From the NCBI GenBank assembly GCA_963708095.1, contig OY970182.1, positions 2,355,345-2,419,344 of the forward strand: a stretch of DNA of 64,000 nucleotides. Direction: 5' to 3'. Origin of the DNA: an uncultured Pseudomonadota bacterium (GTDB lineage Bacteria; Pseudomonadota; Alphaproteobacteria; Acetobacterales; Acetobacteraceae). The position numbers and the translations under genes are program-made. A model generated the notes under the pieces. It had not been told where the DNA came from and did no database searches. It worked only from the letters and a program-made list of their open reading frames with translations. Below are positions 38,901 through 47,098 of this stretch, piece after piece; positions within the stretch are counted from its first letter, which is position 1, and each line of letters opens with the position of its first letter.

Positions 38901-40318
38901 CCGGCATGGGCTTCGCCTGCGTAGATGACGCTCTCGATCTGCGCATCCGATAGCAGACCGCCCGAGACGATCTCCGACGGTAGATGCGGCCGGTAGCTTG
39001 GGCGCGGCGGCGCTACGGACGCCATGGCCGCGGATTGCACGAGCTTCGTCGGATGCGGCTGCGCGTCCGGGATGGCGATGGTCTGGACGGCATAGCCTTC
39101 GTAGAGCGCATCGCTGATGCGGCCATGTTCGGCCGGCAGTTCCCCCCGGACCTCGTAGGCGAGCGGGAGGCCGGGATCGATCGCCGGTTCCGGGTGACGG
39201 GTCGGGGTGGGATGCAGGCGCGGGACGATCGCGCGTGGGGGCACCGGGCGGGCGGCGGGCGCCGCGACCGCGACTGGGGGCGCTGACAAGGCCGGGCGCG
39301 GCGGCACGAGGCGGGTCACCCACTCCAGCAGCGTCGCCGCGTCGGGGGCGATGCCGGGACATGGGGGGAAGACGGTCGGGTCCTCGGCCGGCACGCGGTC
39401 GATGACGGTCAGTCGCGTCTCGACCGCGGTGCCGTGGCGAGCATAAACGCGGCGGTCGATCCCGGCCGAGAACACCACCCGCCCGCGCGCCTGCAGCCGG
39501 ACGAAATCCTCCCGCCAAGACGGGTTGTCCGGCGCGAGCGAGATGCCGGTGATCGCGACCAAGCGCCCGCCCTCGACCAGCCGCGCCAGCGCCGCGGCGA
39601 CATGGCGGAAGGCCGCGTCTGCCATCCGCCCCTCGAGATGCGCGGCGACCGAGAAAGGCGGGTTCATCAGCACCACCGACGGCGCAATGGCCGGAGCCAG
39701 GTAATCGTGGATCTGCGCCGCGTCGTAACGGCTGACGGCGACGCCTGGGAACAGATTGCCGAGCAGGTCGGCGCGGGTCTCGGCGAGCTCGTTCAGTGCC
39801 AGGACGCCGCCAGCGAGGGCGGCGAAGACGGCGAGCAGCCCGGTGCCAGCGGACGGTTCCAGCACCAGGTCACCCGGCGTGATCGCGGCGGCGACGCTGG
39901 CCGCGAAGCCGAGCGCAATCGGCGTCGAGAACTGCTGGAGTGCCGCACTCTCTTCGGAGCGGCGGGTATGCGTCGGCACCAGCGCGGCCAGCCGGGCCAG
40001 CATGGCGAGCATCCCCGCCGGGCTGCCGGCGCGGGCGCGCATGGCCGGGGCGTGCCGGCGCAGGAACAGAACCTGCGCGGCCTCGCAGGCCTCGTAGGCG
40101 TCCTTCCACACCCAGGCGCCGCCGGTGTCGGATGCGCCGAACGCCGCCTCCATGGCGGCGCGCAGGATGGCGGCATCGAGGGCCTGGCCCCGCTCCAGCG
40201 CGGGCAGCAGCAGCCGGGCGGCGTGCAGGATGGCGGACGCCCGATCGGGCGCAGGGGGCGCGGACGGGGATGCGAGCATGGCCGACCGCTCGGCCAGCGC
40301 GGGGACGATGAGGTTCAT
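35945..40318 (-). CDS. Giant N6-adenine methyltransferase fused to a strawberry-notch/SNF2-like helicase
   Basis: 1457 aa. MTase motifs LEPSAGTGLL and VLMNPPFS. Helicase P-loop GDGTGAGKGRQ and VVFDEAHAM. Confidence 0.9.
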   Translation of the reverse strand: MNLIVPALAERSAMLASPSAPPAPDRASAILHAARLLLPALERGQALDAAILRAAMEAAFGASDTGGAWVWKDAYEACEAAQVLFLRRHAPAMRARAGSPAGMLAMLARLAALVPTHTRRSEESAALQQFSTPIALGFAASVAAAITPGDLVLEPSAGTGLLAVFAALAGGVLALNELAETRADLLGNLFPGVAVSRYDAAQIHDYLAPAIAPSVVLMNPPFSVAAHLEGRMADAAFRHVAAALARLVEGGRLVAITGISLAPDNPSWREDFVRLQARGRVVFSAGIDRRVYARHGTAVETRLTVIDRVPAEDPTVFPPCPGIAPDAATLLEWVTRLVPPRPALSAPPVAVAAPAARPVPPRAIVPRLHPTPTRHPEPAIDPGLPLAYEVRGELPAEHGRISDALYEGYAVQTIAIPDAQPHPTKLVQSAAMASVAPPRPSYRPHLPSEIVSGGLLSDAQIESVIYAGEAHAGHLAGAWLVDATYDEVSAAPDDAEGAVRFRRGWFLGDGTGAGKGRQVAGVILDNWLKGRRRALWVSKSDKLIEDAQRDWSALGQERLLITPLARFRQGTRIRLDQGILFTTYATLRSAEREGKASRLDQIIDWLGRDFDGVVVFDEAHAMANAAGDTSERGERGPSQQGRAGLRLQHALPDARVLYVSATGATSVQNLAYAQRLGLWGGADFPFATRQEFVAAMEAGGIAAMEVLARDLKALGLYAARSLSYEGIEVEIVEHALTPEQVRIYDAYAEAFQVIHANLTEALEAANVTGPSGTLNRQAKAAARSAFESNKQRFFNHLITAMKVPTLIGAIERDIAAGAACIVQLVSTGEALLDRRLADIPAGEWGDVQVDITPREYVLDYLAHGFPTQLFEVFTDSEGNLLSRPVFRDGQPLQSREAVERRDRMMEHLAALPAVQGALDHIVQRFGTDQVAEVTGRSRRVVRKVAADGTERLAVETRPGSANLAETQAFMDDEKRILVFSDAGGTGRSYHADLAARNQRRRVHYLLEPGWKADTAIQGLGRSNRTNQRQPPLFRPVATDVRGEKRFLSTIARRLDSLGAITRGQRQTGGQGLFRADDNLESHYARAALRQFYGLIFAGKVECCSLQRFEETTGLDLSDRDGSLREDLPPITTFLNRLLALPIALQNGLFAVFEELLTSRIENAIAAGSYDVGVETLTADSLRITERRTIHTHAASGAETRLFKVLRRDRNRPLPAGDALALARDPRARLLVNAQSGRAAVQMPAPSLTLDDGEVQRRVRLVRPMARETLALDALDHTHWTEADAERFAATWTAEVAQVPEFTESAFHIVTGLLLPIWNRLPDESLRVYRMQTDDGERVIGRLISPAAMGEVCRALGLDDAPTLSPDEAWSAVRTDAAVLHLAGGLTIRRATVMGAARVELAGFTEGAVDQLKAMGLTSEIIAWRLRLFVPVTERGPAILSALFERSPLLRVVDRVAA

Positions 40319-40660
40319 GGTGGGATTCCGGAGAGTGGGGTTCCGAGGCCGGCGGGCGCTCTCTCGACCCCACCTGGCTCACCCCGTCCCGGCCATCCTC
40401 TCGCTTTTGCCCCTCACCACGGTGTCATCGATGGTCGGCGCCGCCGGCAGCGGCACCCAAGGCCGCCGGAATCGGCGTGGGCATCCTCACGTTGTCCCGA
40501 CGCGGGTTAATGGCGCAGTTTGAACGTCCGCTATGAGGAGGAGTTGCCATTCGACCAACCGCGATGCGACGGGTCAATTGCGCCCGGAGCGGACCTTGGC
40601 CAGCCTCCAGGGTCCGGACAGGCATTCCTCTGTCGAGGCAAGCCAAGGTCCACATCCTCC

Positions 40661-41572
40661 TCACGCCATCGGCGTGACGCTCTTAATGAGTTCATCAGCC
40701 AACCTCCTGACCTCCGTCCGTCGAGCTTCGACTTCACCGCGGTTGTCGAGAACCAGTTGAATCCTCTTAGGCGCGAGTTGCTCGGGATCGAGATCCAGGT
40801 TCAGCTGGCTTTCCAGATAGTATGAGGAACACACAGAAGTTGTGACTTCGAGCGCCCCGTGGCGCATTCCATGATCCCGCTCGACGGCGACGCGCATGGC
40901 CGGCGACAACCGGGGATTTGCAACGAGCCGCATCTTTAGGGGCTCCTTCCATTCTAGGTCCCATTTGCTGCGCGCGACGGTTGGTCCCATCTCTCCGAAC
41001 TGGCTCAGCCGGCCAATGACAAAGTCGCGAAAGCCCTGACTGCGGAAACAGAAGGCGCGGATGTGCCAGCGCTGGCCGTCGAAGCCGAGTGCATGCGGCG
41101 CAATGGTCCGAACCGACGCCTCGTCGCTGGAGAACGACAGATAGCGCACTTTGATTTGAAGCTGCTCCCGGATGCACTGGATCAAACGGCGAAGGACTTC
41201 CGGATCGTAGTGGCGCCTGATCCTCGGAGCGCCGGCAAAGTCCGGCGGCCGCCCGATCCAGGAGTCCCCGGGGCCAAGGCCGCCCGTGCTGATCGACCTG
41301 AGCTGGGCGAGGTAGCCGTCGGCCGAGGGCGTGATCAGCTTCGGCTGAAACTCAGGACCGGCCACGTAGGTCTTCGCGGTCTTGTCGTAGGCCAAGTTGC
41401 CGGGAGCCAGATGGTCATAGCGCGCTAGGTCTTGGGACGCTTGCGGCACGCTGATGCCGAAGAATTCCACCAAGTCCGACCGGTTGATGCGCCCCTCCCA
41501 GTAGAGCCTCAGCTCGATGAAGGTCAGCCTGCGTTCGATGTTCCAGCGCAGACGTGCTCGCCCCTCTTCCAT
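40661..41572 (-). CDS. wHTH-WYL domain transcriptional regulator (CapW/BrxR-like)
   Basis: Start at MEEGRARLRW (GGAGG 6 nt upstream). wHTH LVEFFGISVPQASQDLARY. WYL core IAPHALGFDGQRWHIRAFCFRSQGFRDFVIGRL. Confidence 0.85.
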   Translation of the reverse strand: MEEGRARLRWNIERRLTFIELRLYWEGRINRSDLVEFFGISVPQASQDLARYDHLAPGNLAYDKTAKTYVAGPEFQPKLITPSADGYLAQLRSISTGGLGPGDSWIGRPPDFAGAPRIRRHYDPEVLRRLIQCIREQLQIKVRYLSFSSDEASVRTIAPHALGFDGQRWHIRAFCFRSQGFRDFVIGRLSQFGEMGPTVARSKWDLEWKEPLKMRLVANPRLSPAMRVAVERDHGMRHGALEVTTSVCSSYYLESQLNLDLDPEQLAPKRIQLVLDNRGEVEARRTEVRRLADELIKSVTPMA

Positions 41573-41605
41573 GAACCCTCCACCGATTCCGGTCCGCATA
41601 GTCTC

Positions 41606-41636
41606 TTGACCCGTCTCGAAAAACAACCCATATAGT
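41606..41636 (+). promoter_or_regulatory. Candidate sigma70-type promoter of the Ubl operon in the divergent intergenic region
   Basis: TTGACC (41606-41611) and TATAGT (41631-41636) are 19 nt apart. CATATA at 41629 gives 17-nt spacing. The region is AT-rich. Confidence 0.4.
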
Positions 41637-41683
41637 TTTTTTCCCCATCCTGGGGGCGGGTGGTGGCTGCAGAGGACACGAGG

Positions 41684-42103
41684 ATGATGGGCGCCGAACG
41701 CGATGACGATGAATTGGAGCGCGAGGAGGATTGCCTCTTGAAGGAGGACCAGGAGCGCCTGGCGCGCGACGTGGAGCGCCTGAAGGAAGGCGAAGCGCGG
41801 ATCGAAGAGGACCGGAAGGATATCGAGCGCGATGAGGCCCGCCGCGAGCGGCGGCTCCGGATCGAACTGCTGGTCATCGTCAGCGGCGACGAGGTGAAGA
41901 TCAAGGCGAAGCCCGACGAGTTCCTGTCCAAGGTTGCTGAGCAAGCGCTGGAGAAGAGCGAACATACCGGTCGGCCCCTGTCGGATTGGGTGATGCGCAA
42001 CGAAGCCGGCGACGTGCTCGACGTGAGCCGGACGGTGGAGTCCTACGGGCTGAAGGACGGCGACATCCTCTCGCTGACCCTCGAAGCCGGGGTCGCTGGG
42101 TGA
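41684..42103 (+). CDS. Ubiquitin-like (beta-grasp) protein with a hypercharged N-terminal extension and C-terminal Gly
   Basis: 139 aa from the ATG (GAGGA upstream; the track start GTG 41660 is possible). The C-terminal ~80 aa LRIELLVIVSGDEVKIKAKPDEF...SYGLKDGDILSLTLEAGVAG-stop is beta-grasp-like. First gene of the E2/JAB/E1 operon. Confidence 0.75.
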   Translation: MMGAERDDDELEREEDCLLKEDQERLARDVERLKEGEARIEEDRKDIERDEARRERRLRIELLVIVSGDEVKIKAKPDEFLSKVAEQALEKSEHTGRPLSDWVMRNEAGDVLDVSRTVESYGLKDGDILSLTLEAGVAG

Positions 42104-42645
42104 ACGAACAAGTCGTCGATCCGGCGGTTTCCCGGGCCAAGTTCGAACGTGAGCTCCACGCCTTCCAACAGCTAAAGGCCATGCATCGGCGACGCGGCTG
42201 GTGGGTCAGGTCGGCGGAGTTCCCCGTCGTCGAAGTGGCGTTCTTGACGCCAGCTTGCCGCCCCGCTGCGATCGCAGCCTGCGTCAGGATCGACTTCACC
42301 AATTATGACCTATGGCCGCCATCAGTGGTGTTCGTTGACCCGTTTTCCGGGGCCGCCCTGACCATCGACCAGATCACTACCCCATTCGCCCGGATGACGC
42401 CGAGTGGCCCGCAGCGCCTAGTGCAAGGCCATCCGGGTCAGCCGGCGTTTCTGTGCTTGCCGGGCGTGCGGGAGTACCACAACCATCCCGGTCACAGCGG
42501 GGACGATTGGCTTCTGCACCGCGGCGCCGGCGAAGGCGGTCTTCAGTTTCTGGTCGACAAGATCTCCACCTACGGATCGGAAAGCGTGACCACTTGGGGA
42601 GTGCAGATGCAGGTGATCCTTCAGCAGCAACAACTCCCCGCATGA
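42100..42645 (+). CDS. Prokaryotic E2-like (UBC-fold) conjugating enzyme
   Basis: GTG start in a GTGA overlap with the Ubl stop. Candidate catalytic Cys in QPAFLCLPGVREYHNHPGH. Confidence 0.75.
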   Translation: MNEQVVDPAVSRAKFERELHAFQQLKAMHRRRGWWVRSAEFPVVEVAFLTPACRPAAIAACVRIDFTNYDLWPPSVVFVDPFSGAALTIDQITTPFARMTPSGPQRLVQGHPGQPAFLCLPGVREYHNHPGHSGDDWLLHRGAGEGGLQFLVDKISTYGSESVTTWGVQMQVILQQQQLPA

Positions 42646-43157
42646 TGGTCAGTCTCACGACCGTGGAGCGGGTCCTCGTCCCGCGCAAAATCGCGGACGA
42701 TACGCAAGCCCATCTGCGCAACGTCGGCCGAAATGGCCTAGAGGGGATGGCACTTTGGGCCGGAGAGCTCGACGGAGCCGACTTCCTCGTTCGCGCCGCC
42801 GTGATCCCCCAGCAGCAGGGCCACCGCACCGAACATGGCATAGCCGTTTCCGTCCCCGGCTTCGAATTGCATCGGATCAACATGTGGCTGCACCGTAACC
42901 GGCTGCGACTCATCGCCCAGATACACAGCCATCCGACCGAGGCCTATCACAGCGACACAGATGACCGGTACGCTATCGTTACGGCGCTCGGCTCTTTGTC
43001 GCTGGTCGTGCCCGATTTCGCCGTGCGGCCGTTCGCCTTGAACGACTGCGCTGGCTACCGCCTGTCCACGCCGCCCTGGTGGCGGCTTTCCAGTAGGCCT
43101 CAATGGCGCGCCTTGCCGTTTGAGGAATTGACCCGAACCATTCAAGTCATGTCCTGA
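42642..43157 (+). CDS. JAB/MPN (JAMM) metallopeptidase
   Basis: ATGA overlap with the E2 stop. JAMM motif IHSHPTEAYHSDTD and upstream Glu in GLEGMALWAG. Confidence 0.9.
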   Translation: MMVSLTTVERVLVPRKIADDTQAHLRNVGRNGLEGMALWAGELDGADFLVRAAVIPQQQGHRTEHGIAVSVPGFELHRINMWLHRNRLRLIAQIHSHPTEAYHSDTDDRYAIVTALGSLSLVVPDFAVRPFALNDCAGYRLSTPPWWRLSSRPQWRALPFEELTRTIQVMS

Positions 43158-43160
43158 CCC

Positions 43161-44777
43161 ATGGCCGCCGCCAACTTCTTTGATCGAGCGCTGATGAGCG
43201 CTGCACAGGCGCTGCAAGGCGCCGATCCCGCCCAGGTTCAAGCCGAGCTTGACGGCCACGTGGTCGAACTGGCCTGGGATCGGCGCGCCGCTCAAACCGT
43301 GGAAGGTCAGGCGGCGCTCGACCTCGGCGTTCGTCTGTTGGCGCGCCTTTATCCGGTTTTGCGCCTGTCGCCATTGGACGCGGCGGCGGCCGGTCGCCGC
43401 GCCGGCTTAGAAGCGCTCGCCCTATCCATCAATCCCGCGATTGAGCTGAGTAGCGCCGCCGAGAGTACCGTCCGTTTGGTCTTCGGCGACACTGCTGTCG
43501 CCGCCGGCCCGGTGACGATCTACGCTGGCTCCAACGGCTGGCTGGCCAAGGCTTCGACGCGCCGGCCCCAGGGTATCGGATCCACGCTCTTACCGTTCGG
43601 CGCCGGCGGCGCAGCCTGCCTCGGCGCGGCGAACGTCTTTCGGGCAATCTTCGCGAACCGACTGCCGTCTGCGGCCCTAGACGAGAAGGCCGCGCTGTCG
43701 ATGCTGGACTTCAGCACTGGCCGCCAGGCGACCCAAGGGCCGACGATGCTCGATGTCGATCTGGGGCTGACGCCATTGGTCGGCGTGGGTGCAATTGGCA
43801 ACGGCGTTATCTGGGCGCTGGCTAGAGCGCCGGGGCTGAAGGGCGTCTTGCATCTGATCGACCATGAGCAAGTCGAACTTTCGAACCTTCAGCGCTACGC
43901 CTTGGCGACGCAGACCGACGTTGGCCGGGTGAAAGTCGAAATCGCTCGAGATGCGCTTGTCTCCAACTCCTCCTCTCTCACGCCCATGCCGTTCACGGCG
44001 CGCTGGGATGAGTATCAGGCGGGGCGCGGCCACGCGGTTCTGAAACGCGTCCTCGTCGCGCTGGATACGGCACGGGATCGGATCGCCGTTCAGGCCGCGT
44101 TACCCGGGCGCGCGTTGAATGCCTGGACGCAGGTTGGCGACCTGGGGATTTCGAGGCACGATTTTCTTGGCGAGGAGGCCTGCCTAGCCTGCCTGTATCT
44201 GCCGAAGGGCGCGGCGCCTCATGAAGACGAATTAATCGCCCAGGCGCTGGGACTTTCAACGGAAAGACCAGTGCTGCTCGATCTGCGCAACCGTCTGATC
44301 GGCAACGAGCCCGTGGGCGAGGCCTTCGTCCGCGAGACCGCAGCGCGAGTGGGCGCGCCTGCTGATACGCTATTAGGATTTGCTAACGATACGTTACGGC
44401 AGTTCTACGTCAAGGCGGTTTGTGGTGGGCTACTCCTGAAGCCAAATAGCGGCCGGCCGCCGCTCGAAGCGCCGCTTGCCTTTCAATCGGCGATGGCGGG
44501 GATCATGTTGGCCGCCGAAACCGTCGCTGATGCGGGCAGCCTAAGGGCAACACCTTCCGTTACAAAAACCATCCTGGACATAACCCGCCCGTTGGCGTCA
44601 CACCTCAACGTCCGAGTGCTCAAGTCCGCGCCGTCAGCCGGGCCTCGGTGCATCTGCCAGGATCAGGACTTCGTGACGGTCTATCGCCAAAAGCACGGCA
44701 TGCCTGAACCCGAGCCAGCCGTGGACTCCAGTCGCCATCACGCACCCAAATGCGGGCCTAGCGAACTTCCGCTATGA
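43161..44777 (+). CDS. E1-like (ThiF/UBA-family) activating enzyme
   Basis: 538 aa with GVGAIGNGVIWAL and DHEQVELSNLQRY (adenylation domain). There is an extra N-terminal ~200-aa domain and a Cys pair in EEACLACLY. Confidence 0.85.
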   Translation: MAAANFFDRALMSAAQALQGADPAQVQAELDGHVVELAWDRRAAQTVEGQAALDLGVRLLARLYPVLRLSPLDAAAAGRRAGLEALALSINPAIELSSAAESTVRLVFGDTAVAAGPVTIYAGSNGWLAKASTRRPQGIGSTLLPFGAGGAACLGAANVFRAIFANRLPSAALDEKAALSMLDFSTGRQATQGPTMLDVDLGLTPLVGVGAIGNGVIWALARAPGLKGVLHLIDHEQVELSNLQRYALATQTDVGRVKVEIARDALVSNSSSLTPMPFTARWDEYQAGRGHAVLKRVLVALDTARDRIAVQAALPGRALNAWTQVGDLGISRHDFLGEEACLACLYLPKGAAPHEDELIAQALGLSTERPVLLDLRNRLIGNEPVGEAFVRETAARVGAPADTLLGFANDTLRQFYVKAVCGGLLLKPNSGRPPLEAPLAFQSAMAGIMLAAETVADAGSLRATPSVTKTILDITRPLASHLNVRVLKSAPSAGPRCICQDQDFVTVYRQKHGMPEPEPAVDSSRHHAPKCGPSELPL

Positions 44778-45077
44778 GCCAACTTCGGCCACTGCCGACC
44801 GGGCGGTCGATAGGCAGCTATGGGTGCGAATCTGCCGTTGGAAGATTTTCGGGCGGACTTCCGCTTACCTCCCATCCCCGCCGATCGGCATCGTGCAGGT
44901 GATCGGCCGCTTCGGATCAGCATGAGCCGGTCTTGGCCGGTCCGTCTGATGATGCCTATGCGGCGGAAGGCGCACCCCAACTCGAATACGATCCGACCGG
45001 GTCCCAATTCGCCCGTATCTTCGTTGGCCGGCTAATGTCCGCTCTGCCACCCGGCCGATCGCCTCGGAAACCTGCCA

Positions 45078-45731
45078 ATGCAGTTGAACGCCGATCTCCC
45101 CCATCCCGCCGCGGTCGATAGCGCGGCGCTCGCCTGGGGTGCCTCGCCCATGACGGGGGTGGAGCGGCGGATGCTCGAGCGCGACGGCGACGAAGTTGCC
45201 CGCGCCGCCTCGCTCGTGCGCTACGCGCCCGGCTCCGCCTTCTCCGCCCACACCCACGGCGCCGGCGAGGAGTTCCTGGTGCTGGCGGGCGTGTTCTCCG
45301 ACGAGACCGGGGATTTCCCGGCCGGCTTCTACGTCCGCAACCCGCCCGGCTCGCGGCACATGCCCGCCAGTGCACGGGGCGCGGTGATCCTGGTCAAGCT
45401 CCGCCAGATGCCGCCCGAGGAGACCGAGGCGGTGCGGCTCGACACGCGCGATCCCGCGCTCTGGCGCGACCTCGGGCAGGGCCGGCGTGAGGCTGTGCTG
45501 TTCCAGGCGCCGTGGGAGCGGGTGGTGATGTTGCGGCTTGCGCCCGACCATGCCGGCGCCGCCGAGACCTGGCCGCGCGGCGTCGAACTCTTCGTGGTCG
45601 AGGGCGATGTCGTGATCGACAGCACGACCCATCGCGCCGGCGCGTGGCTCCGCCGGCCGCCCGGCAGCCGCCTGACGCTGGCAAGCCAGGGCGGGGCGCT
45701 GCTCTACCGCAAGACCGGCCATCTCGGCTGA
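45078..45731 (+). CDS. ChrR-like cupin domain protein
   Basis: WGASPMTGVERRMLERDGDEVARAASLVRYAPGSAFSAHTHGAGEEFLVLAGVFSDE...YVRNPPGSRH. Confidence 0.7.
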   Translation: MQLNADLPHPAAVDSAALAWGASPMTGVERRMLERDGDEVARAASLVRYAPGSAFSAHTHGAGEEFLVLAGVFSDETGDFPAGFYVRNPPGSRHMPASARGAVILVKLRQMPPEETEAVRLDTRDPALWRDLGQGRREAVLFQAPWERVVMLRLAPDHAGAAETWPRGVELFVVEGDVVIDSTTHRAGAWLRRPPGSRLTLASQGGALLYRKTGHLG

Positions 45732-45737
45732 CGCAGG

Positions 45738-46792
45738 GTGCCGGACCTGATCGTCATCGGCGCCGGCCTTTCCGGCTTGGCGCTGGCGCGGGCGGCGACC
45801 GGGCGCGGCGCCGAGGTGGTGGTGCTGGAAGCCCGCGCGCGCATCGGCGGCCGGGTGCTGAGCCATCGCACCGCGGCCGGCGCCTACGACCTCGGCCCTG
45901 CCTGGGTCTGGCCCGCCATGCAGCCGCGCATCGCCCGGGCCGTGCGGGCGGCGGGGCTGGCGCTCACCGAGCAGGCGGAGGCGGGCGGCTTCGTCTTTCA
46001 GGACCAGACGGGGCGCATACAGCGCCTGCCGCATGGGTTCGCGCAGGAGCCGCCGAGCATGCGCATCACGGGCGGCATCGCGGCGCTGGTGGAAGCTGTC
46101 GCCGCCGGCCTCGCCCCGGGGTGGTCCGGCTGGAACACGCGGTCCGGCGCATCGCGCTGACCGGAAGCGGCGTTGCCGTCACCGCCGAAAGCTCCTCCGG
46201 CCCCGTGATGCTGTATGCCGCGCGCGCCGCGCTCGCCCTGCCGCCGCGCCTGATCGCTGGGATCGAGATCCTGCCCGACCTGCCACCGTCCGTGCAGGCG
46301 GCGCTTGCTGCTGTGCCGGGCTGGATGGCGGGCCAGGCCAAGGTGCTGGCGCTCTACAACCGGCCGTTCTGGCGCGAGGCGGGCCTGTCGGGCAGCGCAT
46401 TCAGCCAGGCGGGACCGCTCGGGGAACTCCACGATGCGAGCCTCGCCGGCGCCGCCGAGGCTGCGTTGTTCGGCTTCTTCTCCTGGCCACCCGCCCTGCG
46501 CGCGGGGCGACGCACGGCCTTGCCGGAGCTGGTCGCCCGCCAACTCGGCATGCTGTTCGGCGCCGAGACCGCTCGGCCGCGCGAGGTGATCATCCAGGAC
46601 TGGGCAACCGAACCCTTCACCGCGACCGAAGCCGACCACGCCAACGGCAACGTGCATCCGGACTATCGCCCGATCGCCCTGCCGGCGCCGTGGGGCGAAC
46701 GGATTACCCTCGCCGGCGCCGAAATGGCCCCCGAATTCGGTGGCTATCTGGAGGGCGCGCTCGCCGCGGCCGAGGCCGCCACTATCGCGTGA
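45738..46792 (+). pseudogene. FAD-dependent amine oxidase with an apparent frameshift
   Basis: The GTG start gives DLIVIGAGLSGLALA (FAD GxGxxG). The frame ends at 46160, while the rest of the protein (VVRLEHAVRRIAL...YLEGALAAAEAA) continues in another frame from about 46117. The switch lies in CCCCGGGG (46114-46121). Confidence 0.65.
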
Positions 46793-46864
46793 TGTGCCGT
46801 CGGCCTCGAAGTCGGGGCAGGTGCTCACTGCGAACGGATCGACGTCACGGTGGATCGGCTGGGC

Positions 46865-47023
46865 GCGGCCCATCCATGGCTCGGGGCGGATGCGGCGTGC
46901 CCAGTCGGCGAAGCTCGGGATGAAGCCGAGATCCTCGCGGACATGCTGCTCGCCGATCAACCGCACCGGCAAAACGCACCCGGTCGAGATGGTGATGGTC
47001 GGCCCGAAGAATTGCTCCGCCAT
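46865..47023 (-). pseudogene. C-terminal fragment of a small DUF6915-like gene, split by a mobile element
   Basis: (M)AEQFFGPTITISTGCVLPVRLIGEQHVREDLGFIPSFADWARRIRPEPWMGR. There is no in-frame stop until 45998, so the 3' end is undefined. Confidence 0.6.
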
Positions 47024-47098
47024 TATATGGACAGACTCTGCCAGAGAGCGCTTTCGGCGTAGGCTCGACGACGAGTACGACTGGGCTGGAGGTCTGCC

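Noticed and set aside
40319-40400. Possible fourth, diverged copy of the class-A leader upstream of the methylase-helicase gene.
   Set aside because: Only patchy similarity (GGCCGGCGGGCGCTCTCTCGACCCC, ACCCCGTCCCGG). The invariant outer helix CGTGACGG/CCGTCGCG is not preserved.
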